Source of the DNA: Escherichia phage Mansfield
Sequence record: MK903282.1
Direction: 5' to 3' (one strand)
Length of the DNA stretch: 64,000 nt
A program made the position numbers and the translations under genes. The notes beneath the pieces were generated by a model. That model saw nothing but the letters and a program-made list of their open reading frames with translations, searched no databases and was not told the origin of the DNA. Shown here one piece after another: positions 37,000 through 46,648 of the stretch; the stretch's first letter is position 1, and each line of letters starts with the position of its first letter.

Positions 37000-37860
37000 T
37001 TAAAACTCTTCTGCGTCGGTCGGAGTTTCGTTGACAGGACCAGCAGCACCGCTTGCTTCTTCCTGCTTGCTGCGATCAATGTTAACGTTGCCGCCAACTA
37101 CGTCGTTGTGGAATGCTTTGGCGACTTCATACAGACCTTTGTCCTGCACCAGACCTTCCAGCTCAAACTTCAGGACGGACCAGGTGTTGCCGTCTTTGGA
37201 CTGAGACGCAGTACCCATGCGAACGATGTTCATAAAGGTCGGCGGAGTTTTCAGACCCTGCGGAGTCTGAACTTTCTTCTGTTGCAGCGCGGTCATCAGC
37301 ATGCGAGACGGCTTGATCATGGAAGAAGTCAAAGACAGCATTGCACTACCAAATTCACCAGTTTCTTCGTTCAACAGAATCACGAAGTGGTTGCGTGTAT
37401 CAGCGTAGTAAGGTGATTTCTTCTCGTGCACTTTGCCGTTTTCATCCGGCACAAACACCTTACCGTTGATCTCAACAGCGCGGCCTGTCGCGACTTCTGC
37501 ATCAACGTGCTCTTTGGTGAATTCACCTTTAAAGCCTTTATCGTCGGACTCGCGACCGCCCCAAAGGATGAAGGTGCGTTTGAATGCGCAAGGGATGATC
37601 TGCACGCCTTTCTTGCCGTCATACAACTCACCAGTAACGGTGTTGTACAGCATACCAGCTTTTGCGCCAGGCACGTGTTTTGGATCATCTTCGTCGACCA
37701 TCGGAGACATCTTTTGCAGTACGACGATAAAAGGAATGGCATAAGCGTCGGCATCGGCACCTTCAAAACCAGCGCCAAAATCGGTCATATCGACAAAATC
37801 AGCCATAGCGGACATCTGGGTGTTTTTCACTGCAACTTCGGTAGTTTCTTTCTTAGACAT
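37000..37860 (-). CDS. single-stranded DNA-binding protein (T7 gp2.5-like, candidate)
   Basis: 286 aa; acidic C-terminal tail ending in Phe (TPTDAEEF) as in T7 gp2.5; location within replication module. Confidence 0.4.
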   Translation of the reverse strand: MSKKETTEVAVKNTQMSAMADFVDMTDFGAGFEGADADAYAIPFIVVLQKMSPMVDEDDPKHVPGAKAGMLYNTVTGELYDGKKGVQIIPCAFKRTFILWGGRESDDKGFKGEFTKEHVDAEVATGRAVEINGKVFVPDENGKVHEKKSPYYADTRNHFVILLNEETGEFGSAMLSLTSSMIKPSRMLMTALQQKKVQTPQGLKTPPTFMNIVRMGTASQSKDGNTWSVLKFELEGLVQDKGLYEVAKAFHNDVVGGNVNIDRSKQEEASGAAGPVNETPTDAEEF

Positions 37861-37919
37861 TTGATGTTTTCCTATAGTATCAAGTTTCGTGGCAACCTGA
37901 TTTCAAGATAAAGGTTAAA

Positions 37920-38477
37920 TTACTTTTTGCTTTTAGGCAAGGTTATTTTAGCTTCTTTATACTCAAAGACGCTAATATCTTCACTGACTGGATTACCCGC
38001 TTCCAGCTGTTCTTTTACGAATGACTTCAGTGTAGCAGAATGAACGCCTTGTTTCAATGTGGCTTCAACACCGTCTTCACGCAGTGCGGCAACAATCTCT
38101 TGCGCTTGTTCGATTTCTTCGCGACCGAACTCAGCCGTGACGCTGGACTTGATCAAGCCGCCGTAACCGTTGTTGACAAGCCAATCGAATACCTTCAATT
38201 CATTTTCTTTCTTAATTGAAGCATTAACTTTTGACTCGACCTTGATCTTGGTCTTGTCTTCAAGCTTGATTTCGGACACGCCAAGCTCATCCATAACGCC
38301 AGGAAGCAGAACAGTTTTGATTTCACTGATGCGCTGCTTTTGCATATCAGCTTCATCTTCAAGCTCTGTCAAAGCTTCTTGGCGTTCTGCCAATTCCGAT
38401 ACTAAGCGCGCAAGGCGCTCTTGGATGCTCTCAGGAGCGACCTGCGGCAAATCATCTTCCCAATTAATATTGCTCAT
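37920..38477 (-). CDS. hypothetical protein (coiled-coil, acidic)
   Basis: 185-aa ORF adjacent to SSB-like gene. Confidence 0.4.
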   Translation of the reverse strand: MSNINWEDDLPQVAPESIQERLARLVSELAERQEALTELEDEADMQKQRISEIKTVLLPGVMDELGVSEIKLEDKTKIKVESKVNASIKKENELKVFDWLVNNGYGGLIKSSVTAEFGREEIEQAQEIVAALREDGVEATLKQGVHSATLKSFVKEQLEAGNPVSEDISVFEYKEAKITLPKSKK

Positions 38478-38737
38478 ATTTTACCTTCTTGCATTAGCCC
38501 TTCAACACGGGTCATTTGATAACGTTCAGGTTTCCAAGCCGCCAAAGCCTTCTCAGCGCCTTTTAAAGTTTTATATGCCTTGATGCCAGGCATAATGACG
38601 GTATTCACCCCAGCACCGTTGCCATAATCAAACTCTTTTACAACGCGGAACATGCCGTCAATTTCTTTGACCAAAAGACGTTTGAACGCGATTGCGCCAG
38701 TAGATTCATTTTTGTAACGTTCAAGGATGCGTACCAT
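38474..38737 (-). CDS. hypothetical protein
   Basis: 87-aa ORF. Confidence 0.4.
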   Translation of the reverse strand: MVRILERYKNESTGAIAFKRLLVKEIDGMFRVVKEFDYGNGAGVNTVIMPGIKAYKTLKGAEKALAAWKPERYQMTRVEGLMQEGKI

Positions 38738-38811
38738 TTTGTATTCCTCTATTTCGTTTCGATGAAGTAATTATGACTCATCTTCCGTGACAAGTCAAAT
38801 TATTTTTGATA

Positions 38812-40335
38812 TTAATTCATCTTTTTGCCGTCGAGGATGTGATCAGCAAGCATAGACTTCATACTTAGTGAACGCTGAATTTCTTCGTCGATGGTATCAA
38901 CACCAATAAAATCAACATACAACACGCTTGATTTTGTACCGATGCGGTGATTTCGGTCTTCGGATTGCTTGCGCAACTCGTTGTCGTAGTTGCAAGAATA
39001 ATAAATTGCCAAATCGGCGGCGGTAAGCGTGATGCCGATGCCTGCCGCTGCAGCGTGGCAAACCAAGACTTGCGTTCCACCGTTCTCGACTGTGTTTTTC
39101 TGGAAGTCATCAATCAAGAACTCGCGTTGCTCTTTTGACGTTTCACCGTTGTATACACCAGTGACCACACCTTCGGACTCAAGCCAATCCTTAATCTGGT
39201 TCATCTCTTCCTTAAAGATGGCCCAAACAATGAATTTACGTTCTGGGTCGTCTTCCAACACCCCTTCCACATAATCCTTAAAGGCCGTGAATCGTGGGTT
39301 GTCTTCCATGTAGACCATCTCATCATACACCTTAACAAAGCCGGATGTCACCTGCTTCATCTTAGTGCGCGACGCGATCATCTCAAACTTGACGTTTTCT
39401 TCTTCGCCCTTGTATTCCATCAAATAGTTGTACTCATTCTTGAGTTCATCGTAAACATCGCGTTGTTTAGGCGAAAGCTCAAAGTCGATAAACTTGTACA
39501 CCTTCTCTGGAAGGTCCGGCAAGTATTCCGCTTTTGTCGCACGAAAATAGTGCGGTTCCATCAGCCGGATAAGCTTGTCAAGGTTTTTGTACATCGGTCG
39601 GCCAAACTGGTCTTTGCGCGGCACTTGCGGAATCCCATGGCCATTGCCGCCGATTTTCTTGAGGATGGCTTGCATCTCTGGGTCGTGCGCTTCAAGTAGC
39701 ACAGTGAATTCAGAGTTGAATGCACGGAATGATTTGGTGCCGAGCAATCCTGCTTCAAGAAAGTGATATTGCATGTAAATATCCGCAGGCGAGCGCGGCA
39801 ACGGCGTGCCAGAAAGGATTCGACGGGCCTTTGCCAGCCGTCCCAATTCCACAACCTTGATGGAGCGTTTGGCTGTGTTATTCTTGATGCGCGTTGATTC
39901 GTCGATAATCATCAGGCAGCGGTATTTCTTCAAGACCGACTCAATGTGTTGATAACCGACTGGTGTGTTGACGGTATCAATGTTGAATGAGAAAATGCGT
40001 GCAGGCACTTCACCTTCAGGGTAGTGATCAGCAAACATCTTCTCCCAAAGCGCCTTGCCCTTTTTAGTCTTCATCTTGTCATTGCCGCGCCAGTAGTGCC
40101 CAATCCATTTGATGGAAAGGTGTTCTGGTGCTTCACGACGAATCCAGTTTGAGTGGACACCGTTTGGAGCGATGACGACCATGGCATCGAACGCGCCAGC
40201 GGCGAAGTGCTTTTCAAACTCTGCCAAAGCGGTCCAGGTTTTGCCAAGACCCTGTTCCATGAAATAGGCAAAGTATTTTCTGCGGCCTGCTTTATCAAGC
40301 GCCAGAAGCTGGTGGCGCATCCCTTGTGTTTTCAT
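38812..40335 (-). CDS. SNF2/DEAD-like superfamily 2 helicase
   Basis: 507 aa; motif I EQGLGKTWTA, motif II MIIDESTRIKN, motif VI QSEDRNHRIG. Confidence 0.8.
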   Translation of the reverse strand: MKTQGMRHQLLALDKAGRRKYFAYFMEQGLGKTWTALAEFEKHFAAGAFDAMVVIAPNGVHSNWIRREAPEHLSIKWIGHYWRGNDKMKTKKGKALWEKMFADHYPEGEVPARIFSFNIDTVNTPVGYQHIESVLKKYRCLMIIDESTRIKNNTAKRSIKVVELGRLAKARRILSGTPLPRSPADIYMQYHFLEAGLLGTKSFRAFNSEFTVLLEAHDPEMQAILKKIGGNGHGIPQVPRKDQFGRPMYKNLDKLIRLMEPHYFRATKAEYLPDLPEKVYKFIDFELSPKQRDVYDELKNEYNYLMEYKGEEENVKFEMIASRTKMKQVTSGFVKVYDEMVYMEDNPRFTAFKDYVEGVLEDDPERKFIVWAIFKEEMNQIKDWLESEGVVTGVYNGETSKEQREFLIDDFQKNTVENGGTQVLVCHAAAAGIGITLTAADLAIYYSCNYDNELRKQSEDRNHRIGTKSSVLYVDFIGVDTIDEEIQRSLSMKSMLADHILDGKKMN

Positions 40336-40754
40336 GACAATTCCTCTAAATACTTGATGATGTGATGAATAGTTCCCTTCACGATTATCTCACGTTGAAC
40401 GTCTGCAATATTATAACGCTTTAATTCAATCGAAGGGTGGACTAAATAAAACATCTTCTCAGAATCGACTTTAAGCAAAACAAATGATGGGTATTTCCAA
40501 TCATTCCACGAAGAAAGAAAGCTGCACTGACCTTTCTCAAATGCATTTCTGAAAGGTGCAGTGGTGGCCCTTGCAGGCCACGATTCAAAGAACTTCATTT
40601 CAAGCCAAAAGCCGCGCCCTTTCCGGTTGGTGCCGATTACATCCGGCACGCCATCACCAGTCATCGATTCGATTCGTTGAAGCTTCAATATTGATTCTGA
40701 ATGCTTCTTCAAAGGTACGAATATGTATTTCTGTTCACGGTTATTTGTTGCCAT
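40332..40754 (-). CDS. VRR-NUC (PD-(D/E)xK) nuclease
   Basis: GVPDVIG...WLEMKF matches PD...(D/E)xK core; start moved to internal ATG 40754 (CAGGTG RBS) to avoid overlap with polymerase. Confidence 0.5.
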   Translation of the reverse strand: MATNNREQKYIFVPLKKHSESILKLQRIESMTGDGVPDVIGTNRKGRGFWLEMKFFESWPARATTAPFRNAFEKGQCSFLSSWNDWKYPSFVLLKVDSEKMFYLVHPSIELKRYNIADVQREIIVKGTIHHIIKYLEELS

Positions 40755-43638
40755 CTGGATACACCTGTTTGATAACGTCGACGATGAACATATCAATGCC
40801 TTCAAGCTTGCGCCCTTTCATCAGGAAGAATGCACCGTTCCCAACGTTCTCTGCAATGTATTTCCCGTACTTCTGGAACTTCTCTGGGCGAATCCTGAAA
40901 CGCATTGGCGAATCGGTCGAATCGTCTTTGCACATAAGGTCAATGAACTGAGTTTCAAGCTTGTTTCCATACTGGTCAAACTCTGCGTAGCGGCCATCGG
41001 ACTGAAGACCTTTTTTAAGCTTGCCGTGCTTTGTATAAATGCCGCGCTCAAGACGTTTACGTATGCGTGTCGCTTCGTTCTCGTCAGCCAGCACTTTCTT
41101 GGTCAACTTGCCGATTACTATTGCACGCTCGTCATCGCCGACTTCCTTCATCTGGCGTATTGAAGCACCGGAAGTAACGCCAATCAGATAGGGGTCATTA
41201 TACGCCCAGCCGAACTTTGTGTGCATTTCTGTAAGGTCGCCGTATTTGACTTCAGCATTGGCCAATGCGTCCTTTTGTTTTTGCGTTAAGGTTCCGGCTT
41301 CACGTGCTTCGATGTACTTCATCGCCTTCACCATTCCGTACCCTTTAGCGTTCATGATTCCGCCGATTAGCTTTCCGTTAGCGATGGTCCAGTTCATTGA
41401 AGAGTGGTCAGGGTCGATTGGCACATAATCCACGCCTTCCTTTGCAAGTTCACGTAATATCGCAATCGTCTGGTCTTCGTCCTTGGCAGCGCGTAAGCAA
41501 GCAGCGGCAAATTCCAACGGGTAGTGTCGTTTAAGCCACAAGGTCCAGTAGGTCACGACCGCGTATGATACGGAGTGTGACTTGTTAAAGCCCCATGACC
41601 CGAACGTCGCCATCGCCTGCCAAAGCTTTCTTGCATCCGCTTCCGGTACGCCGTTATTTATTGCGCCTGCAACGAAGTCTTCGCCAAGCTTGTTAAAGTA
41701 TTCCTCACCCTTACGACCTGACATCGCCTTACGCACAGCTGACGTTTTCGCCCAGTCGAATGAACCAATCTCTTTAACCACGGCCATGATTTGCTCTTGG
41801 TAAAGAAACACGCCGTAAGTCTCTTTTAAGTATGGCTCAAGCTGCGGCACATCATACTCAATCGGCGCACGCCCTGCCGCGCGTTCGATGTATTTCTGGG
41901 CCATACCGGATGACAACGGGCCAGGTCGGCCAAGTGCTGTCAGGTTATCGATTTTGTTAAAGTTATCAACGTGCACAAAGTTGGTTACTGAGCGTACAGC
42001 ATCGCCTTCAAACTGAAATATGCCTGACATCTTGTTTTCGTTAAGGATGTCAAGGACGCTTTGATCATTGAGCTTGATTCCGTACAGCGTTTCAGCATCT
42101 ATCACGCCAGTATCAGAAATGATGCCGAGGGTGCGAAGGCCCAACGCATCAAGCTTCAAAAGGTTAAGATATTCGCTGTCAGGCTTATCAATTTGTGCAA
42201 TCCCTTCCGCCGTTACCGTACAGTAATCAGAGATTGGGTCGTTACACACAATGATTCCTGCTGCGTGAACGCCAGTGTGGGAAGGGTGAATCTCAAGGTC
42301 ACCCATGCATCGCGCGGCATCAGGATATTTAGCCACAAACTCTTGGCCCGTGGTCGTTGTTGCAAAGGTATCCTCCAGGCCGTGACCATAACGGGCGTCA
42401 CCGGATGAGTATTCAAGCAATGCGTTTTTAATGTTGGCCGTTTCGTGATAGCCAATGTTAAACTTCTTACCAACCTGAGCCATTACTGAGTTGGCCTTAA
42501 GCGTGTTGATGTTGCCAAGCTTTGCAACGTTCATTTCGCCGTATTTTTCTTTAAGGTAATCAAACACCATATAGCGTTTGGTATCCTCAAAGTCAATATC
42601 AATATCAGGAAGGTCGGCGCGGCTTACGTCGATGAATCGGGCAAAAAGCAGCTTATACGGGATTGGATCAACTTCCGTGATGCCGAGGCAATAACAAACC
42701 AATGAACCAGCCGATGAGCCGCGAGCGGGTCCAACGAGCATTTTTGTTTTTGCGAATCGTACAAGGTCCGCTACCACCAGAAAGTATGAGTCAAAATCTT
42801 TCAGCTGAATCTGGTGAATCTCTTCGTTGAATCGGTCCTCATATTCCTGAGTCCATTCTTTGATGTGACCTGCCTTAAGTCGGTACTCCATCCCCTCACG
42901 AGCAAGCTTTACCATGTCACCAGCAAGGTGGATAATCGGTGCCTTGCGCAGCTTCAGGTCAAGCCCCACAATTCCGTTTGCGATGTCAACTGCATTGGCC
43001 GTTGCTTGATTCAGCTCATCTTCTGTCAGGATTCCTTTAAGCTGTTTGCGCAAGTCTTCCGCGTCAACGATGCAGTGCGGCTTGACCGTGTCGCGAACTT
43101 CCCAAGCATAAGCAAAGTCAACGTGCTCAGGTGAAGGCATGTGGTTGTATCCGGTTAAAACCAGCGGCCTTCCGTTGCTGCGGTGAGCCAATGCCTGGCG
43201 CTTAGCCAAAAGGAACGATGATGGGTTGACGTCTATATAATCGTAGTCCTCTGGTCGCAGCAACTCCACGGCACCGCCACAGAATTTAACGACGCCATCC
43301 AACGCCCCGAACTCTGCACGGGTCAGTCCGCCGCGCTGTGTTGCAAGTGTCGTAGCGTTGTAAAAGGATTTCAGGTCAAGCGCCAATATCCAAGCCTTCG
43401 GTTTGAATCCCTTTTTCGGGTCCGCATCAGGGTCGATGATTGGAATCTCCATGCCGAACATAGGCTTGATATCATTCTTCTGACATTCCTTTTCCCAGCG
43501 AACGTGACCCCATGTATTGTTATCAACTAATGCCGCGACTTCGCAGCCCAACTCTTTGAGCCGTGCTATAATTTCAGGATGCCGTCCATATACTTCTTTG
43601 AACGTGTAACCGCTGCGAACTCTCAATTGTGGAAACAT
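40741..43638 (-). CDS. dnaE: DNA polymerase III alpha subunit (DnaE-type replicative polymerase)
   Basis: 965 aa; N-terminal PHP region, PARGSSAGSLVCYCLGITEVDP and FNKSHSVSYA motifs characteristic of DnaE. Confidence 0.9.
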   Translation of the reverse strand: MFPQLRVRSGYTFKEVYGRHPEIIARLKELGCEVAALVDNNTWGHVRWEKECQKNDIKPMFGMEIPIIDPDADPKKGFKPKAWILALDLKSFYNATTLATQRGGLTRAEFGALDGVVKFCGGAVELLRPEDYDYIDVNPSSFLLAKRQALAHRSNGRPLVLTGYNHMPSPEHVDFAYAWEVRDTVKPHCIVDAEDLRKQLKGILTEDELNQATANAVDIANGIVGLDLKLRKAPIIHLAGDMVKLAREGMEYRLKAGHIKEWTQEYEDRFNEEIHQIQLKDFDSYFLVVADLVRFAKTKMLVGPARGSSAGSLVCYCLGITEVDPIPYKLLFARFIDVSRADLPDIDIDFEDTKRYMVFDYLKEKYGEMNVAKLGNINTLKANSVMAQVGKKFNIGYHETANIKNALLEYSSGDARYGHGLEDTFATTTTGQEFVAKYPDAARCMGDLEIHPSHTGVHAAGIIVCNDPISDYCTVTAEGIAQIDKPDSEYLNLLKLDALGLRTLGIISDTGVIDAETLYGIKLNDQSVLDILNENKMSGIFQFEGDAVRSVTNFVHVDNFNKIDNLTALGRPGPLSSGMAQKYIERAAGRAPIEYDVPQLEPYLKETYGVFLYQEQIMAVVKEIGSFDWAKTSAVRKAMSGRKGEEYFNKLGEDFVAGAINNGVPEADARKLWQAMATFGSWGFNKSHSVSYAVVTYWTLWLKRHYPLEFAAACLRAAKDEDQTIAILRELAKEGVDYVPIDPDHSSMNWTIANGKLIGGIMNAKGYGMVKAMKYIEAREAGTLTQKQKDALANAEVKYGDLTEMHTKFGWAYNDPYLIGVTSGASIRQMKEVGDDERAIVIGKLTKKVLADENEATRIRKRLERGIYTKHGKLKKGLQSDGRYAEFDQYGNKLETQFIDLMCKDDSTDSPMRFRIRPEKFQKYGKYIAENVGNGAFFLMKGRKLEGIDMFIVDVIKQVYPDGNK

Positions 43639-44180
43639 TATTTACTCCAGATGTCATATACGCCAATTTGTTGGCAGACTTTGTGCAGTAATATTACGTC
43701 GTCTAATGCACGGTGTTTCTGTTCATATTTTCCGAAATATAATTCATACAACTCTTGAAGCTTAACTCTTCGGCCAAAAATAGGCAAGGTTTGCTCGACT
43801 GTACAAATGTTTATTTCTGGAAAATTAACATCACCAAGTGTAAGACCTTCGCGCTGTAATGCATAGTCAAGAATGTTTTTATCAAACGCATGGTTGTGCG
43901 CGATAGTTGCATCCGTCTTCTTGAATATTTCTTTTAGCTGCGGAACGAAATGAATAAATGGTGGATTGCACTCAAGGTCTTCGTTGGTTAATCCGGTAAT
44001 CTTCGTGATGATTTCTTCAATCACAATTTCAGGATTAATTATGAACTCGAAGGTTTCAAGAATCTCTTTGCCATCCGTCAACAGGCCTGCAAATTCAATA
44101 GGGCGCGGCTGCATTCCAAGCGGTGCTTTCGGGTGCACGGTTAATCCGGTTGTTTCGAAGTCATAAGGGAGAAATAACAC
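43638..44180 (-). CDS. DnaQ-like 3'-5' proofreading exonuclease (DEDDh)
   Basis: Exo motifs DFETTG, HNHAFD and HRALDD; immediately upstream of and translationally coupled to polymerase. Confidence 0.85.
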   Translation of the reverse strand: MLFLPYDFETTGLTVHPKAPLGMQPRPIEFAGLLTDGKEILETFEFIINPEIVIEEIITKITGLTNEDLECNPPFIHFVPQLKEIFKKTDATIAHNHAFDKNILDYALQREGLTLGDVNFPEINICTVEQTLPIFGRRVKLQELYELYFGKYEQKHRALDDVILLHKVCQQIGVYDIWSK

Positions 44181-44191
44181 ATTGGCCTCCT

Positions 44192-44218
44192 ACAAAAAGG
44201 CCGCCCATTAGGACGGCC
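44192..44218 (-). terminator. intrinsic terminator between metabolic island and replication genes
   Basis: GGCCGCC-N-GGACGGCC hairpin followed on minus strand by UUUUU, then AGGAGG RBS. Confidence 0.45.
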
Positions 44219-44234
44219 ACAGATTCAAGATTCG

Positions 44235-44786
44235 TTATGCAGTGTACGGAGTACCGTCTTGATTCAACCGCACGATGAACTTAAGGTCGACACCAATGAT
44301 TTCACGAGTATCAAAGATCACATAGTTGTAACGACGCTGACCAGCAATATTTGGGTTGGTGTGAGAGTCAGTTACGACTTCCTGCGCAACCTGAATGCCT
44401 TCTTCTTTAAAGAACTTACGCCATTCAGCAAGTTCAGCGGCAGTCACATGCATACCAAGATGGCTGACCTGATTATCGTGCGCATCAAGCATGTCGATGT
44501 TTTCGTTGATCCAGTTGCAACCCATTGTGTAGTCAAGGATTTCAAGCTCAAGAGGCTTACCAGCGCCGCCATCGGTGCCGTTGCCAGCCTGATAGTTGAA
44601 TCGCAAGTCAGCTTCGTTGGTGCAATCGTCGCGACGACCTTTAAATTCGTCATTTTCAAATACGCGACCAGTAGCAACAACATGATCATGGAACCATTCT
44701 GTCAGGCCGATTTTAGCCAGAAAATCCTGTGCACGCTTAGCATCTGGAATTGACAGGGCGATTTGTTCAATTTTAAAGTGTGGCAT
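44235..44786 (-). CDS. VOC/glyoxalase-fold protein (candidate)
   Basis: 183 aa; two beta-alpha-beta-beta-beta-like halves with His/Glu positions paralleling glyoxalase I (HFKIEQIALSIPDAKRAQDFLAKIG..., SHLGMHVTAAELAEWRKFF...). Confidence 0.4.
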   Translation of the reverse strand: MPHFKIEQIALSIPDAKRAQDFLAKIGLTEWFHDHVVATGRVFENDEFKGRRDDCTNEADLRFNYQAGNGTDGGAGKPLELEILDYTMGCNWINENIDMLDAHDNQVSHLGMHVTAAELAEWRKFFKEEGIQVAQEVVTDSHTNPNIAGQRRYNYVIFDTREIIGVDLKFIVRLNQDGTPYTA

Positions 44787-44806
44787 TTTGTTTCCTTAAT
44801 TAAATA

Positions 44807-45022
44807 TTATTGATTAATTACTGTGTTGTCTTCGTCCTGTTGCTTTTCAGGAGCGGGTGTGACAATTTCAAATTTAGGTTTGGGTAATTCACCTTTAGCG
44901 CCTGGGACTTCAACGACAATCTTTTTGTCAGACTCAACAGGATTTGGAACTTCAAATTTGGTTGTGTATCCTAATACAACAAGAAGCACTAAACCGATTA
45001 CCGCTACCCAGGCTTTGTTCAT
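44807..45022 (-). CDS. small membrane-anchored protein
   Basis: 71 aa; N-terminal hydrophobic anchor WVAVIGLVLLVVLGY, Pro/Lys/Glu-rich tail. Confidence 0.4.
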   Translation of the reverse strand: MNKAWVAVIGLVLLVVLGYTTKFEVPNPVESDKKIVVEVPGAKGELPKPKFEIVTPAPEKQQDEDNTVINQ

Positions 45023-45025
45023 GAT

Positions 45026-45709
45026 TTATTTCCCAAATGGAATATCAGTACCAGACATAAAGCGCCATGCGCCCGTAATTAAGATATGGCGAATGAAGTC
45101 AGCAATTACTTGCGGCTCAGTCTCCAATCCATTCATCAACGCCTTTTTCTGGTATTCAGCAGCATACTCAGGAGTCCAGCCGCGAGTCGCACAAACAGCA
45201 TCTTCAATCTGTTTAGACATGCCAGTGCCGCGCAACTTGTTAGGACTAATAGAGAATACCGTAATCCCGTATTTAGGCGTAAGTTCGTGGGCCATCTGCT
45301 TACTGATCATAAGTGCAGCGGCCTTGGAAGCATTATAACACAAGCTGGACGTCATAGGAATATGCGCAGCGTTGGAAACGATATTGATCACAAAACCTTT
45401 GTTGTCGATAAGACTTTTCAGTGCAGCCTGAGTCGTGTTAACGAAAGAGAAGGCGTTGGTATGCATAACGCGGTTAAATTCTTCGTAGTTGACATCTTCA
45501 AACCAGTTGTTGGAGTTGACGCCAGCACAGTTGATCAAGCCTTCCACGTCGTATTGAGAGAGAAGCTCTTTCATTTGTTTCGCGTTACGGATGTCATAAC
45601 CGTTGTCCAAATCAATACCGACGACTTCATGACCGTAAGCACCAAGGGTGTCAAAAATTGATTTACCAAGACCGGAATTGCAGCCAGTTACAACAATTAC
45701 TTTTTTCAT
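45026..45709 (-). CDS. short-chain dehydrogenase/reductase (SDR)
   Basis: 227 aa; cofactor motif VTGCNSGLGKS and catalytic YNASKAA. Confidence 0.8.
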   Translation of the reverse strand: MKKVIVVTGCNSGLGKSIFDTLGAYGHEVVGIDLDNGYDIRNAKQMKELLSQYDVEGLINCAGVNSNNWFEDVNYEEFNRVMHTNAFSFVNTTQAALKSLIDNKGFVINIVSNAAHIPMTSSLCYNASKAAALMISKQMAHELTPKYGITVFSISPNKLRGTGMSKQIEDAVCATRGWTPEYAAEYQKKALMNGLETEPQVIADFIRHILITGAWRFMSGTDIPFGK

Positions 45710-45775
45710 TTATTTATCCTTTTTTGGACTTCGTTTCGATGAGATAAATATAACTCATCGAAACGCACAAGTAAA

Positions 45776-46648
45776 CTATTTATTGAAATTAATATTATGG
45801 GTGTTGACGAGACGTTCACACATGGCGCTGTAAACACCATCATCGTGTATAGAGTCTTCGTGCTTCAGGCCGCTAATTGCGAAGCGTGTAAGCTTGACAA
45901 TCTTAAGCTCGAAAAGGTGCCACATGTGATAGTCTTCCGGCGTTTTCAACGTCACGCCATTAGGGAAAAGTACCTGCATAACCTGACCTACCATCACAGC
46001 GTTATCGCCATATACGGCGTTGCGTTCACGGAAAGTCGCGGCCATCGCATCAAGAATATCGGCGGCGGTTGCCGGAGATTGTTCAATTTCCACAGCCTTA
46101 TTCTCTTCTTGCCCCGTTGCGCTTGGATCAATTGCTAATTGTTGCACCACTTCACCTGCCTTGCAAAGATTAAATGTAAAGGCGATTTTATTTTGTGCCA
46201 TGGAATTATAATCCATAGCTTCCTTACGCATTGCCGCGAGAATGTCTTGTCTGTCATCAAATACGTTGATGATTCGATAATCGCCATGCCGCAACACATA
46301 CTGCAACCACTTTGATTTGATGGTCATTGACGGACGTTTGTCACCATCGTCTCTCATCTTGATGATAAATTCATCGAAAGGAAAAACATTGTCAAGACGT
46401 TCAAAGGTTGCTTGTCTGTATTTTTTTGGTCTTGCCGTCCAATATTCAACCGACTCACCGCGAAGAGTTGCAGACTCTACTGATGATGCGATGTCAGGAT
46501 AGAACTGATCATAACCAATGCCGCTGTGATAATCATCATAGTCTGACAACGGGCCTGCCACCTTGATGCGGTCTAAGCGCCAACGGTCATCAAACAGCGT
46601 TCCGTCAAGGTCGAATGCGTTTAAGATTTGGTGACTTTTAATGCTCAT
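45776..46648 (-). CDS. HAD-superfamily phosphatase (nucleotidase or 3'-phosphatase-like) with extra C-terminal domain
   Basis: HAD motif I FDLDGTLFDD and motif IV VFDDRQD; no kinase P-loop. Confidence 0.55.
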   Translation of the reverse strand: MSIKSHQILNAFDLDGTLFDDRWRLDRIKVAGPLSDYDDYHSGIGYDQFYPDIASSVESATLRGESVEYWTARPKKYRQATFERLDNVFPFDEFIIKMRDDGDKRPSMTIKSKWLQYVLRHGDYRIINVFDDRQDILAAMRKEAMDYNSMAQNKIAFTFNLCKAGEVVQQLAIDPSATGQEENKAVEIEQSPATAADILDAMAATFRERNAVYGDNAVMVGQVMQVLFPNGVTLKTPEDYHMWHLFELKIVKLTRFAISGLKHEDSIHDDGVYSAMCERLVNTHNINFNK